A stretch of 64,000 nt of DNA from Chloroflexota bacterium (GTDB lineage Bacteria > Chloroflexota > UBA11872). Below the pieces are notes generated by a model. That model was not told where the DNA came from. It searched no databases and was given only the letters and a program-made list of their open reading frames with translations. The DNA is taken from NCBI GenBank assembly GCA_965243625.1, contig CBDEVI010000002.1, forward strand, positions 1,839,751-1,903,750, written 5' to 3'. Shown here piece by piece: positions 47,213 to 55,056 of the stretch; position 1 is the first letter of the stretch; every line of letters begins with the position of its first letter. The position numbers were made by a program, and so were the translations under genes.

Positions 47213-47638
47213 CTACAGCACGCCCTTGGTGAGAATCAAGTTGCCGTAGAGCCGCCGCTCGCCGGTGGCGACGATCGCGAAGGCCCGCCGCGCCCGCTCG
47301 TAGAAGGCGAAGCGCTCCACCCGCTCGAAGCTCACGGGCGCCCCGTGGGCTGCCTCGACGAGGCGGCGGAAGTCGGCGAAGACGGGCCGCTCGGCGTCCG
47401 GGTCGCCGACCACCGCCATCACCGCCGCCGGCGCCTCGACATACTCGTCGAGCGGCAGCACCGACAGGATGGCCTGGGCCGTGCGCGTGGCGTCGACGCC
47501 GTCGAGGCGCACCAGCCGCCGGGCGCTGGCTTCGGCCGGAAAGTTGGCATCGACAATCACGATCTCGTCGCCATGCCCCATGGCCGCAAGCACACGCAGC
47601 AGATCCGGTCCAAGGAGGGGGTCGATGCCTTTCAGCAT
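47213..47638 (-). CDS. RbsD/FucU-family sugar mutarotase (D-ribose pyranase / L-fucose mutarotase)
   Basis: 'MLKGIDPLLGPDLLRVLAAMGHGDEIVIVDANFP' is the family N-terminal signature. ~141 aa from this Met; the track ORF extends to 47749. Confidence 0.7.
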   Translation of the reverse strand: MLKGIDPLLGPDLLRVLAAMGHGDEIVIVDANFPAEASARRLVRLDGVDATRTAQAILSVLPLDEYVEAPAAVMAVVGDPDAERPVFADFRRLVEAAHGAPVSFERVERFAFYERARRAFAIVATGERRLYGNLILTKGVL

Positions 47639-47739
47639 GAGGGCGTTCCTTAGCGTTGGCGCGGCGGCATGGTGGCACATGCGGACGGATATGCTCCGCA
47701 GCATGGGCGAAGACGAAGCGAACGGACCGGGGAGGCGCT

Positions 47740-48930
47740 GTGACGTCACGCGCTAACTCGGACCGCACTGGCGCGGAGGGCGCTGGCCCGGCGCTCAAGG
47801 AGTTCGTCGAGCACGTGCCGGTGACGCTCAACGATGCCGGCGACACCGCCGGCTGGGTGTCCAAGGAGTCGGTCGACCGCCTGTGGATCGAAGCGGACGG
47901 GGAGCTGGTCAGCCAACTCTGGGTCGTCGATGTCACGGTGCGAGCGTGGGGCGCCGAGCTGCGCAGCGCCGGCGTGGCCGGCGTGGGGACGCCCGAGCCG
48001 CATCGCATGAAAGGCTACGCCCGGCGGCTGATGGAGGCTTGCGAGCGGTATTCGGCCGACCGCGGCTACCCGATCAGCACGCTATTCGGGATTCCGGACT
48101 TCTATCACCGCTTCGGCTACGCCTCGGTCTGCCCGGAATACGAAATCCGGATCGAACTCGACGCCCTCGAGACGGATGGGCCAACCGCTTCGCTCGAGGA
48201 TCTCCAGCCCTCGGATTGGGATCCAATTGCTCGCATGTGCAACGCGGCGTACGGATCGCTCGACGGCTCGGTCGTCCGGCGCGAAGGCGCGTGGCGAGGT
48301 GCCAGGCAGGGTACGGATTGGTTCAAGAAACCCCAGGCGCTGGTGAGTCGCGATGCGCACGGGCAACCTGCGGGGTACGCGGTGGTCGACACCGAGCTGA
48401 CGGACGGTTGCCTGTCGGTGTCGGAAGCGGCGGCGCGCGATGACGCCGCTGGGAGAGCCCTTGCGAGCGGTTTGGCCGAGATGGTCAGATCGCGCGGCGC
48501 GACGGGCCTGCTGGCCAGTCTGCATCCGGGCACGGGGTTGGGACCGCTGCTGACTCGACTTGGTGGCGCGGTCGAGGTGACACGACCGGACGACGCCGGC
48601 TACATGGCGTGCATCGTCGATCTGGACGCCATGTTGCAGAGGTGCACGCCGGCGCTCGTCGACCGTGCAGCGGCCGGCGAGCTGCCATTGCCCGAAACGC
48701 TGCAAGTGAAGACCGATATCGGCCATGGCTGCATCGCGCTCGGCGGACAGTCGCCGCCCGCCGAGCTGTCAATCGGTCGGCGAGGGCTCGTGCAGCTTCT
48801 GTTCGGTTACCGGACGTTTGGAGAACTTCAGGAGATCGGCCAGGCCCGCGCGACCGGCGTCTCCGACGCCGTGCTAGCGAAACTCTTTCCACGCAATGAC
48901 GGCTACTGTTTCTGGCCCGACCGGTATTGA
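47740..48930 (+). CDS. Eis-like GNAT acetyltransferase (tandem GNAT folds plus C-terminal SCP2-like domain)
   Basis: 'VAGVGTPEPHRMKGYARRLMEACERYSADRGYPISTLFGIPDFYHRFGYA' (acetyl-CoA pocket, 'YGRFGY'-like) and a ~400-aa three-domain layout. The GTG at 47740 is preceded by GGAGG 5 nt upstream; the track ORF starts at 47656. Confidence 0.7.
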   Translation: MTSRANSDRTGAEGAGPALKEFVEHVPVTLNDAGDTAGWVSKESVDRLWIEADGELVSQLWVVDVTVRAWGAELRSAGVAGVGTPEPHRMKGYARRLMEACERYSADRGYPISTLFGIPDFYHRFGYASVCPEYEIRIELDALETDGPTASLEDLQPSDWDPIARMCNAAYGSLDGSVVRREGAWRGARQGTDWFKKPQALVSRDAHGQPAGYAVVDTELTDGCLSVSEAAARDDAAGRALASGLAEMVRSRGATGLLASLHPGTGLGPLLTRLGGAVEVTRPDDAGYMACIVDLDAMLQRCTPALVDRAAAGELPLPETLQVKTDIGHGCIALGGQSPPAELSIGRRGLVQLLFGYRTFGELQEIGQARATGVSDAVLAKLFPRNDGYCFWPDRY

Positions 48931-49006
48931 TGCGGGAGCCTCATTTGCGGTGGAACCCATCCAAGGCCAACCTCCGAAACTGAAACCGTCAGAGGGGTGT
49001 TGACCG

Positions 49007-49885
49007 TCAGCCGAACCGCTTGATGAAACCCGGAAACGTCCCCATCGTCGGCATCTCGAGGTCGAACGCTTCGTAGCCCGCGCGGCGGATCCGGTCCAGG
49101 ATTTCCGAATCACTCGGTCGGCACGGCGCCAGCATGAGGGCGGTCCCGCCGGGCTTCACCACACGATCGATCTCGCGCAGCTCCTCGTCCGGCTTCCAAC
49201 CGAACGATCCGTTGGTCAAAATCGCCGCGTCCACGGCGTCGTCGGTCAGCGGCACCCGCTCGACGAGCGCGTTGAGCGTGGTGACGTTGTGGAATCCGTG
49301 GGCGGACAGCTTCCGCTCGATGAACTCGCGCAGCACGGCGACAGGCTCCAATGCGAACACCCGCTCGGCGTAGGGCGCGCACCGCAGGGTGGCCTGGCCG
49401 GTGCCCGCGCCAATATCGAGGACCACGCGACCGCCTACGTCCACCCGGTCGTGAATCTCGCGAGGGTCCCAATGGCTCCACGTCAAGGCGTCCCACGTCG
49501 CCGGTGACTTGGCCATGCCGACGTTCCACGCGCAGCGTTGCAGGATCGCATCCTGCGTGGATCGCAACTCCTCAGGTGAAAGCGCCGGTGCATGGGCGCG
49601 AGCCGCTCGCAGTCCGGCACGGAACGTTGGCGAGGCCTTCGAGAAGTGGTCGATGACCTCGGGCAGCGGCATCAGCGCCGCGTACAGGCGATCCCCAAAC
49701 TCGCGCAGAAGCCCGGGTGTTCCGCGTTCGTCTTCTAGAAACGTATTGACGAAGTACGTGTCCAGGTGGCGCAAGTCCGAGAGCCGCAGATCGAACATTC
49801 GAATGGGATCGATCACCATTCGCGGCCAGCCACGGGCAGGTGCCGAGCTCACCGGCGTGGAGCGTTCGAATTCGCGGCGCAGCAT
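49007..49885 (-). CDS. Class I SAM-dependent methyltransferase
   Basis: 'VVLDIGAGTGQATL' (motif I), 'AVDAAILTNGSFGW' and 'VKPGGTALM'. Confidence 0.7.
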   Translation of the reverse strand: MLRREFERSTPVSSAPARGWPRMVIDPIRMFDLRLSDLRHLDTYFVNTFLEDERGTPGLLREFGDRLYAALMPLPEVIDHFSKASPTFRAGLRAARAHAPALSPEELRSTQDAILQRCAWNVGMAKSPATWDALTWSHWDPREIHDRVDVGGRVVLDIGAGTGQATLRCAPYAERVFALEPVAVLREFIERKLSAHGFHNVTTLNALVERVPLTDDAVDAAILTNGSFGWKPDEELREIDRVVKPGGTALMLAPCRPSDSEILDRIRRAGYEAFDLEMPTMGTFPGFIKRFG

Positions 49886-49898
49886 GGGGCGATGGGCG

Positions 49899-50603
49899 TC
49901 AGGACCCCAATACCAGCGCCGGCAGTTCGGTGAGGCGGGTTATTCGGGTGACGCCTGCTGGCTCGTTGCCTATGTCGTGACGGTCGAGCCACACGCCCGT
50001 GAGCCCCGCGTCGCGCGCCCCGATCGCGTCCACGGCCAAGCGATCGCCCACGTGCACGCACGCCGCGGGTGGCGCTCCTACGGCCCGGCAAGCTACCTCG
50101 AAGATGCCCGGATGGGGTTTCGCCACTCCTTCGTCCTCGGAAGCCACGACTGCCGCAAAGCGGTCCAAGACGCCAACCCCTTCGAGCTTCTGTCGCTGGT
50201 GCACCGACCCTCCGTTGGTGATGACACCGAGGCGGAAGCCGCGCAACGCCTCCACGGAGTCGAGGACGTCGGGGAACAGCTCCCAATTCTCTTCATAGGC
50301 ACGGCGGTAGACGGCGAAGGTCTCATCGGCTTCGGCGTCGGACATTTCGCTTGGTGTGACGTCGAACAAGTCCCGAATCCGCCACCGCCGTTGGCCGACA
50401 TAAGAGGTTTCGCCGCGCAGGTAGCGATCGAAGTGCAGCTCCGTCGAATCTTCCCAGCGCCGGAGAAGACTCTCGTCACTACCTGTGAGCCGGTCTCGGT
50501 ACCTGCTGAACATGCCAAGCGCTCCGGCGCGAGTGGCCGCGTCGTGGTCGAGCAGCGTGCCATCGAGGTCGAAGAAGACGGCTTGGATGGGTGAACCTGG
50601 CAT
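49899..50603 (-). CDS. HAD-superfamily hydrolase (subfamily IA)
   Basis: 'AVFFDLDGTLLD' (motif I DxDGT), 'GVITNG' (motif II), 'KPHPGIF' (motif III) and 'VHVGDRLAVDAIGARDAG' (motif IV). Confidence 0.8.
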   Translation of the reverse strand: MPGSPIQAVFFDLDGTLLDHDAATRAGALGMFSRYRDRLTGSDESLLRRWEDSTELHFDRYLRGETSYVGQRRWRIRDLFDVTPSEMSDAEADETFAVYRRAYEENWELFPDVLDSVEALRGFRLGVITNGGSVHQRQKLEGVGVLDRFAAVVASEDEGVAKPHPGIFEVACRAVGAPPAACVHVGDRLAVDAIGARDAGLTGVWLDRHDIGNEPAGVTRITRLTELPALVLGS

Positions 50604-50769
50604 ATGACGAAGTTGGGGAGGACGAGCTCAATTCGATCGCCTCCCGCAGCATATCCTGACGCCCTTGTCGCCAAACGGCTGACCGGCGATTGTCCGGACC
50701 TCCCTGATTCGGCCGATTGAGACCCCTGTGGGACTCGGACCGGCGATGGACTTTCGGACGAATCCTGGA

Positions 50770-50915
50770 GGCTTCGAGGTGAGGCGGCGGGTGGATTCCC
50801 GCCCCGTATCAAGTACGGGGCAGGCTCTTCGCGGGAATGACGGAGGGGTTACGCGAAGGCCTCCCTGCGATGGGACATGCTTCGCGGGAATGACGAGGGC
50901 TTTGCCGGAGTCTCC
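50770..50915. repeat. MITE/REP-like composite repeat with nested hairpin (GGGTGGATTCCCGCCCCGTATCAAGTACGGGGCAGG…CTTCGCGGGAATGACG ×2)
   Basis: Near-identical to the copy at 56.77-56.92 kb. Track ORF 50728..50934 ('VDSRPVSSTGQALRGNDGG…FAGMT') is its translation artefact. Confidence 0.6.
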
Positions 50916-51062
50916 AATTCAGGGGCGAATGTGAGAGACCCCCTATGGCGAGTCTCCGGCGCGGCTATGACAAAATCTCCAGTTGCATGAGGCCCAATGG
51001 CGTAGCCCGTGATGACAATCGGCGGGGATCCGGGTCCTGAGCCCAGCGTGATCGGCTGACCC

Positions 51063-51986
51063 ATGGCCACCCTCAGCGCGGCATGGACCGCGTCCCTCGG
51101 CTACACGCGCCGGGGACTGCGCATCCTGGGGGCGACTCCCTGGTTGTACGTCCAGATCCTGAGCGCGTTTGCGGCGCCGGCGGCGGTCGCCGCGTATGTG
51201 ACGGCATCGGACATTCCGGAGGGGTTTGGCCGATCGGCGCTGCTCTACGTCCTAAACGCCGTCTCGGCGTCGGCCGCGCCGGTCGTGGTGATGACGGCCG
51301 TGGCGGCTGGGTTTCATGGCGTCAACCTGGGCTTCATCAACGCCATGCGGCAGGGGCTCTGGTGGCTGCCGCGCTATCTGTGGACGAACGTGCACACCAC
51401 GGTCATCTTTTGGGCGCCGATCCTCGTCTTGTTGAACCTCTTCGAGTGGCAGCGGAACGAGGCGCCGGTCGAAGGCGCAGCGGGCCTAGCCGTGACGGCC
51501 GCCTGGGTGGTGCTGATCGGCGCCGCGGCTCTCTACATCCACTCGCGCACGCTCCTGGCACCGTTCTTCGCGGTGCATGGCAACTTGCCCGCCACGCTGG
51601 CGACGATCGAGTCGTGGCGCATGAGCGGCCGCCGCTTCCCCATCGTGTTCGGCACCTTCATCGTGTCGTCGGCGCCCACGGCGGTGCCGCTGGCGATTGT
51701 GCTGACGACGTTGGCGTTCACGCTTGACGAACCAAGCGGGACCAGGGCGACGTACGCGGCCATGCTGCCGGCGCTCGTGTGGGCGACCATCAAGCTCGTA
51801 CGGCCATTCCTCATCACGGCAACCTACGGCATGTATTCGGATCTCTGGACCGAGGAGCAGGCGCGGCGGGCGGAGCACGGGTCGCCTGCGGTGCCGTTAT
51901 TGGCGCGGCCGTTGCTGGCGTTTTCACGCTGGGTCCCGCGTCTATTCGGTCGCGCGATCGGGCGTCGCATCGAGTGGACCGCGTGA
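51063..51986 (+). CDS. Hypothetical polytopic membrane protein (no family recognised)
   Basis: 307 aa with good GC3 codon bias and ≥6 hydrophobic helices (e.g. 'ILSAFAAPAAVAAYV', 'AAPVVVMTAVAAGF', 'VIFWAPILVLLNLF', 'VTAAWVVLIGAAALYI'). Its stop overlaps the next start (GTGA). Confidence 0.5.
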   Translation: MATLSAAWTASLGYTRRGLRILGATPWLYVQILSAFAAPAAVAAYVTASDIPEGFGRSALLYVLNAVSASAAPVVVMTAVAAGFHGVNLGFINAMRQGLWWLPRYLWTNVHTTVIFWAPILVLLNLFEWQRNEAPVEGAAGLAVTAAWVVLIGAAALYIHSRTLLAPFFAVHGNLPATLATIESWRMSGRRFPIVFGTFIVSSAPTAVPLAIVLTTLAFTLDEPSGTRATYAAMLPALVWATIKLVRPFLITATYGMYSDLWTEEQARRAEHGSPAVPLLARPLLAFSRWVPRLFGRAIGRRIEWTA

Positions 51987-52912
51987 CCTCGCACCCACCG
52001 GCCATGGGTACCGCCGGCCGGCTAGTCCGGGCGCTGTCGCTCGACGCGGAACGGCGCGTGCGCGGCGGCAGCGTCGAGGCGCTCGCCGACGCGATCCGGC
52101 GGGGCGCCGACCTGCACATCGGCACGGAGTTCCGCCACAACGAGCACGTGGATACGTCGTCCGACAATCCGGAGGTCGTGCAGGAGCTGGCGGAATTCCG
52201 GACGACCTACCTGGTCGACGACCGCTGGACGGCGGGCATCATGACGCTCAGGCAGCCGGTGAGCCTGCCGGACGCCTTTGGCCCGCGGCCGTCGATGTCG
52301 TTTTTTCTCTACAACCAGGACGGCACGCAGGCCATTGCGCGACCGCACCTGGACGGGATGGCGAGCGCCGGCGCGACCGGCGCGGCGCCGATCGACAGCC
52401 ATCCCGACATGCCCAAGTATCACGTGCTGGACAGCTGGGACGCCGACTCCAACGCCCCGAGCAGCACCTTCATCTACGACTTCGAGCACTTCGACTTTCT
52501 GGTGCGGGACAACTGGACGGAGGTCCTGGCGCACGATGCCGCGGGGGCCGTCGTCCACGGTGCCGCAGGCGCACTGGGCGATGTTTGCGCCGACGGCGGC
52601 GAAGTCAAAGCCGCGATTCGCGGGCTTTGCACCGATCTCGCGGCTCGGGAAGTCGCCGCGACCGACCACGAGGTCTTCGTCCAGGTCGGATCGAGCTACT
52701 ACTACACGGATCAACGGCTCTTCATCGGCGGGACGCACCCGCTGCCGAGAGTCCGGGCATCAATTCCGCTGCGGTATGCGACCCGGGCCTGGGACTTTGG
52801 CTGGTTGATCTTGCGCACCGACGGCCGCGTGGTCCGCCGCCTGTGCGATCCCTACACGCTGCGCTTTCACGACAGCGAGTCGCGCCACGCGATCCGCTGG
52901 TTCGCGCGGTGA
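51983..52912 (+). CDS. Hypothetical protein (soluble, Asp/His-rich, no family recognised), translationally coupled to the upstream membrane protein
   Basis: Coding-like frame 'MGTAGRLVRALSLDAERRVRGGSVEALADAIRRGADLHIGTEFRHNEHVD…SWDADSNAPSSTFIYDFEHFDFLVRDNW…'. The start is GTG 51983 overlapping the stop, or ATG ~52004. Confidence 0.45.
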   Translation: MTSHPPAMGTAGRLVRALSLDAERRVRGGSVEALADAIRRGADLHIGTEFRHNEHVDTSSDNPEVVQELAEFRTTYLVDDRWTAGIMTLRQPVSLPDAFGPRPSMSFFLYNQDGTQAIARPHLDGMASAGATGAAPIDSHPDMPKYHVLDSWDADSNAPSSTFIYDFEHFDFLVRDNWTEVLAHDAAGAVVHGAAGALGDVCADGGEVKAAIRGLCTDLAAREVAATDHEVFVQVGSSYYYTDQRLFIGGTHPLPRVRASIPLRYATRAWDFGWLILRTDGRVVRRLCDPYTLRFHDSESRHAIRWFAR

Positions 52913-52920
52913 GCGTGTAC

Positions 52921-52941
52921 GGGCGGGTTTGAAACCCGCCC
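52921..52941. terminator. Perfect GC-rich hairpin GGGCGGGTTT-g-AAACCCGCCC between convergent genes (bidirectional terminator candidate; member of the GGGCGGGTnnnnnACCCGCCCCTACC family)
   Basis: 10-bp stem read directly. It lies 9 nt after the hypothetical-gene stop and 14 nt after the PPIase stop on the other strand. Confidence 0.45.
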
Positions 52942-52954
52942 CTACCTCAGACGC

Positions 52955-53623
52955 TCAGGGCCGGCAGTTGAAGCCAGCCGCGGTCGAACCGTCGCCGGAG
53001 CAATTGAGGGTCACGCCGGTTTTCATCGCCGAGATCGTGATCGCCTGCTGCGGCGCCGACGACTCGCCGTCCGCGGCCGTGCCGACCGGCACCGCCTCGA
53101 TCTTGGCCAACGTGTCGAACGACGCCTGGTGCCCTTCCTTGATCTGGCCGAAGAGCGTGAAGTCCGGCGACAGCCGGCCCTGCTCGCTGAGGTCGTCCAG
53201 GACGATGAAGAACTGCGAGCCGTTGGAGTTGGCCACGCCCTTATTGGCCATTGCCAGCCCGCCGCGGACGTAAGGCCGCTGCGGCGGCTCGATCTCGAAC
53301 GAGTAGCCCGGTCCTCCCGTGCCGGTGCCGGAGGGGTCGCCGCCCTGCACCATGAAGCCCGGGATCAGCCGATGGAACGTCACCCCGTCGAAGTAGCCCT
53401 CGTTGGCCAGGAATAGGAAGTTGTTGACGGCCAGCGGCGCTTCTTCGGAGAAGAGCGTGAAGGTCATGCGCCCCAGGCTGGTGGTGATGATCACCCAGGG
53501 CTCACCGGCGGGAATGTCCATGGCCGGATAGGCGGCGTAGGTCTTGGGGCCCTCGGGCTCGGCTTCACCGCATCCCACCACCACCACAACCAGCAGCAAC
53601 GACACCAGTGCGAGTCGCAACAT
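52955..53623 (-). CDS. Cyclophilin-type PPIase lipoprotein with C-terminal Cys-X11-Cys tail (…TLNCSGDGSTAAGFNCRP)
   Basis: 'MLRLALVSLLLVVVVVGCGEAEP' (lipobox), then the cyclophilin core 'FHRLIPGFMVQGGDPSGTGTGGPGYSFEIE…GGLAMANKGVANSNGSQFFIVL'. An AAGGAG Shine-Dalgarno lies 9 nt upstream. Confidence 0.8.
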   Translation of the reverse strand: MLRLALVSLLLVVVVVGCGEAEPEGPKTYAAYPAMDIPAGEPWVIITTSLGRMTFTLFSEEAPLAVNNFLFLANEGYFDGVTFHRLIPGFMVQGGDPSGTGTGGPGYSFEIEPPQRPYVRGGLAMANKGVANSNGSQFFIVLDDLSEQGRLSPDFTLFGQIKEGHQASFDTLAKIEAVPVGTAADGESSAPQQAITISAMKTGVTLNCSGDGSTAAGFNCRP

Positions 53624-53721
53624 TTCTCACGCTCCTTCGCCCGCCTCCGCACCGTCCGCATTGTCGCAGCGCGTCCAAGGCTTTGTCGCACGCGGATCAT
53701 GTGGTGGACGGTCAATGCCAC

Positions 53722-53741
53722 GGGCGGTTCGCGAACCGCCC
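53722..53741. terminator. Hairpin GGGCGGTTCG-CGAACCGCCC (same family as 52921)
   Basis: Read directly; it lies between the two duplicated PPIase genes. Confidence 0.35.
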
Positions 53742-53822
53742 CTGACCATGGTCGGGAGTCAGTTCACGTCGGTGCGGGACTTCGGCGCCGGCGCCTGAGC
53801 ACTCCGCGTCGGCGCCGAGTCC

Positions 53823-54485
53823 TCACGGCTTGCAGGTGAAGCCGATCGCTCCCTCGCCTGAGCAGTTGAGCGTCACGCCGGTTTTCATCGCCGAGATCGT
53901 GATCGCCTGCTGCGGCGCCGACGACTCGCCGTCCGCGGCCGTGCCGACCGGTACCGCCTCGATCTTGGCCAACGTGTCGAACGATGCCTGGTGCCCTTCC
54001 TTGATCTGGCCGAAGAGCGTGAAGTCCGGCGACAGCCGGCCCTGCTCGCTGAGGTCGTCCAGGATGATGAAAAACTGCGAGCCGTTGGTGTTTGGCGTGC
54101 CCTTGTTGGCCATCGCCAATCCGCCGCGGACGTAGGGCCGCTGCGGCGGCTCGATCTCGAACGAGTAGCCCGGTCCTCCCGTGCCGGTGCCGGAGGGATC
54201 GCCGCCCTGCACCATGAAGCCGGGAATCAGGCGATGGAAGGTCACCCCGTCGAAGTAGCCCTCGTTGGCCAGGAAGAGGAAGTTGTTGACGGCCAGCGGC
54301 GCCTCTTCGGAGAAGAGCGTGAACGTCATGCGCCCCAGGCTGGTGGTGATGATCACCCAGGGCTCACCGGCGGGAATGTCCATGGCCGGATAGGCGGCGT
54401 AGGTCTTGGGGCCCTCGGGCTCGGCTTCACCGCATCCCACCACCACAACAACCAGCAGCAACGCCACCAATGCGAGTCGCAACAT
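53823..54485 (-). CDS. Cyclophilin-type PPIase lipoprotein, tandem paralogue with C-terminal tail …TLNCSGEGAIGFTCKP
   Basis: Nearly identical to 52955..53623 apart from the last ~15 residues. The start is at the Met of 'MLRLALVALLLVVVVVGCGE'; the track ORF extends to 54620. Confidence 0.8.
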   Translation of the reverse strand: MLRLALVALLLVVVVVGCGEAEPEGPKTYAAYPAMDIPAGEPWVIITTSLGRMTFTLFSEEAPLAVNNFLFLANEGYFDGVTFHRLIPGFMVQGGDPSGTGTGGPGYSFEIEPPQRPYVRGGLAMANKGTPNTNGSQFFIILDDLSEQGRLSPDFTLFGQIKEGHQASFDTLAKIEAVPVGTAADGESSAPQQAITISAMKTGVTLNCSGEGAIGFTCKP

Positions 54486-54618
54486 TTCCCACGCTCCTTC
54501 ACCCGCATCCGCACCGTCGGCATTGTCGCAGCGCCTTCGCCTCTCCGTCGCGCGGTCGTGCGGTCGCAGTTCTAAACTGTTCCGTGCGTACTGGGCCGCC
54601 ATTGACAAGGGACGCGCC

Positions 54619-55050
54619 ATGACCCATCGCCTCTACCGGAGCCAGGTCGATCGCATGCTCACCGGCGTTGCCGGCGGGATGGCGGAATATCTGCGCGTGG
54701 ACCCGGTGATCGTCCGCATGCTCTGGGTGGTGGCCGTGTTCCTCTCCAGCGGCGTGGGGCTGCTGGTGTACGTCGCCCTGGCGATCGTCATGCCGACCGC
54801 TCCACAACTCGACGACGCCGTCGAAGCTCCGGATGACGCCTCGGCACAGACGGCGGACGGCAGCCAACCGGCCACACCAGCCCGATACGTCGCCGCCACG
54901 AACGGCGCCGCGCTTGTGGTGGGCTCGGCTTTGATCATCATCGGCGCCGCTGCGCTCATGAGCCAGTTCGGGTGGTTTGACGCCTGGCGGCTCTGGCCGC
55001 TGGCCCTGATCGCGATTGGCGGTCTGTTGATCTTCAACCAGCGGCGCTAG
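54619..55050 (+). CDS. PspC-domain membrane protein (phage-shock-protein-C family)
   Basis: 'MTHRLYRSQVDRMLTGVAGGMAEYLRVDPVIVRMLWVVAVFLSSGVGLLVYVALAIVMP' is the canonical PspC domain. It is followed by a second TM, 'LVVGSALIIIGAAAL'. Confidence 0.8.
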   Translation: MTHRLYRSQVDRMLTGVAGGMAEYLRVDPVIVRMLWVVAVFLSSGVGLLVYVALAIVMPTAPQLDDAVEAPDDASAQTADGSQPATPARYVAATNGAALVVGSALIIIGAAALMSQFGWFDAWRLWPLALIAIGGLLIFNQRR

Positions 55051-55056
55051 GCAAGC

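Larger units (their letters stand above)
52950..54560. repeat. Tandem direct duplication (~0.8 kb unit, ~95 % identical) encompassing two cyclophilin genes and their 5' leaders
   Basis: 52955-53690 aligns base-for-base with 53823-54560, with only scattered substitutions. This includes the ~45-nt leader 'cacgctccttc.cccgc.tccgcaccgtc.gcattgtcgcagcgc'. Confidence 0.75.

Noticed and set aside
34005-50900. Possibility that the tRNA-Val/tRNA-Phe region marks an integrated genomic island or prophage carrying the 36-50 kb enzyme cluster
   Set aside because: No integrase, recombinase, phage or transposase gene is present anywhere in the window. No direct repeat of either tRNA 3' end was found, and the MITE-like repeats also occur outside the region. 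The block may still be accessory, but an integrative element cannot be supported.
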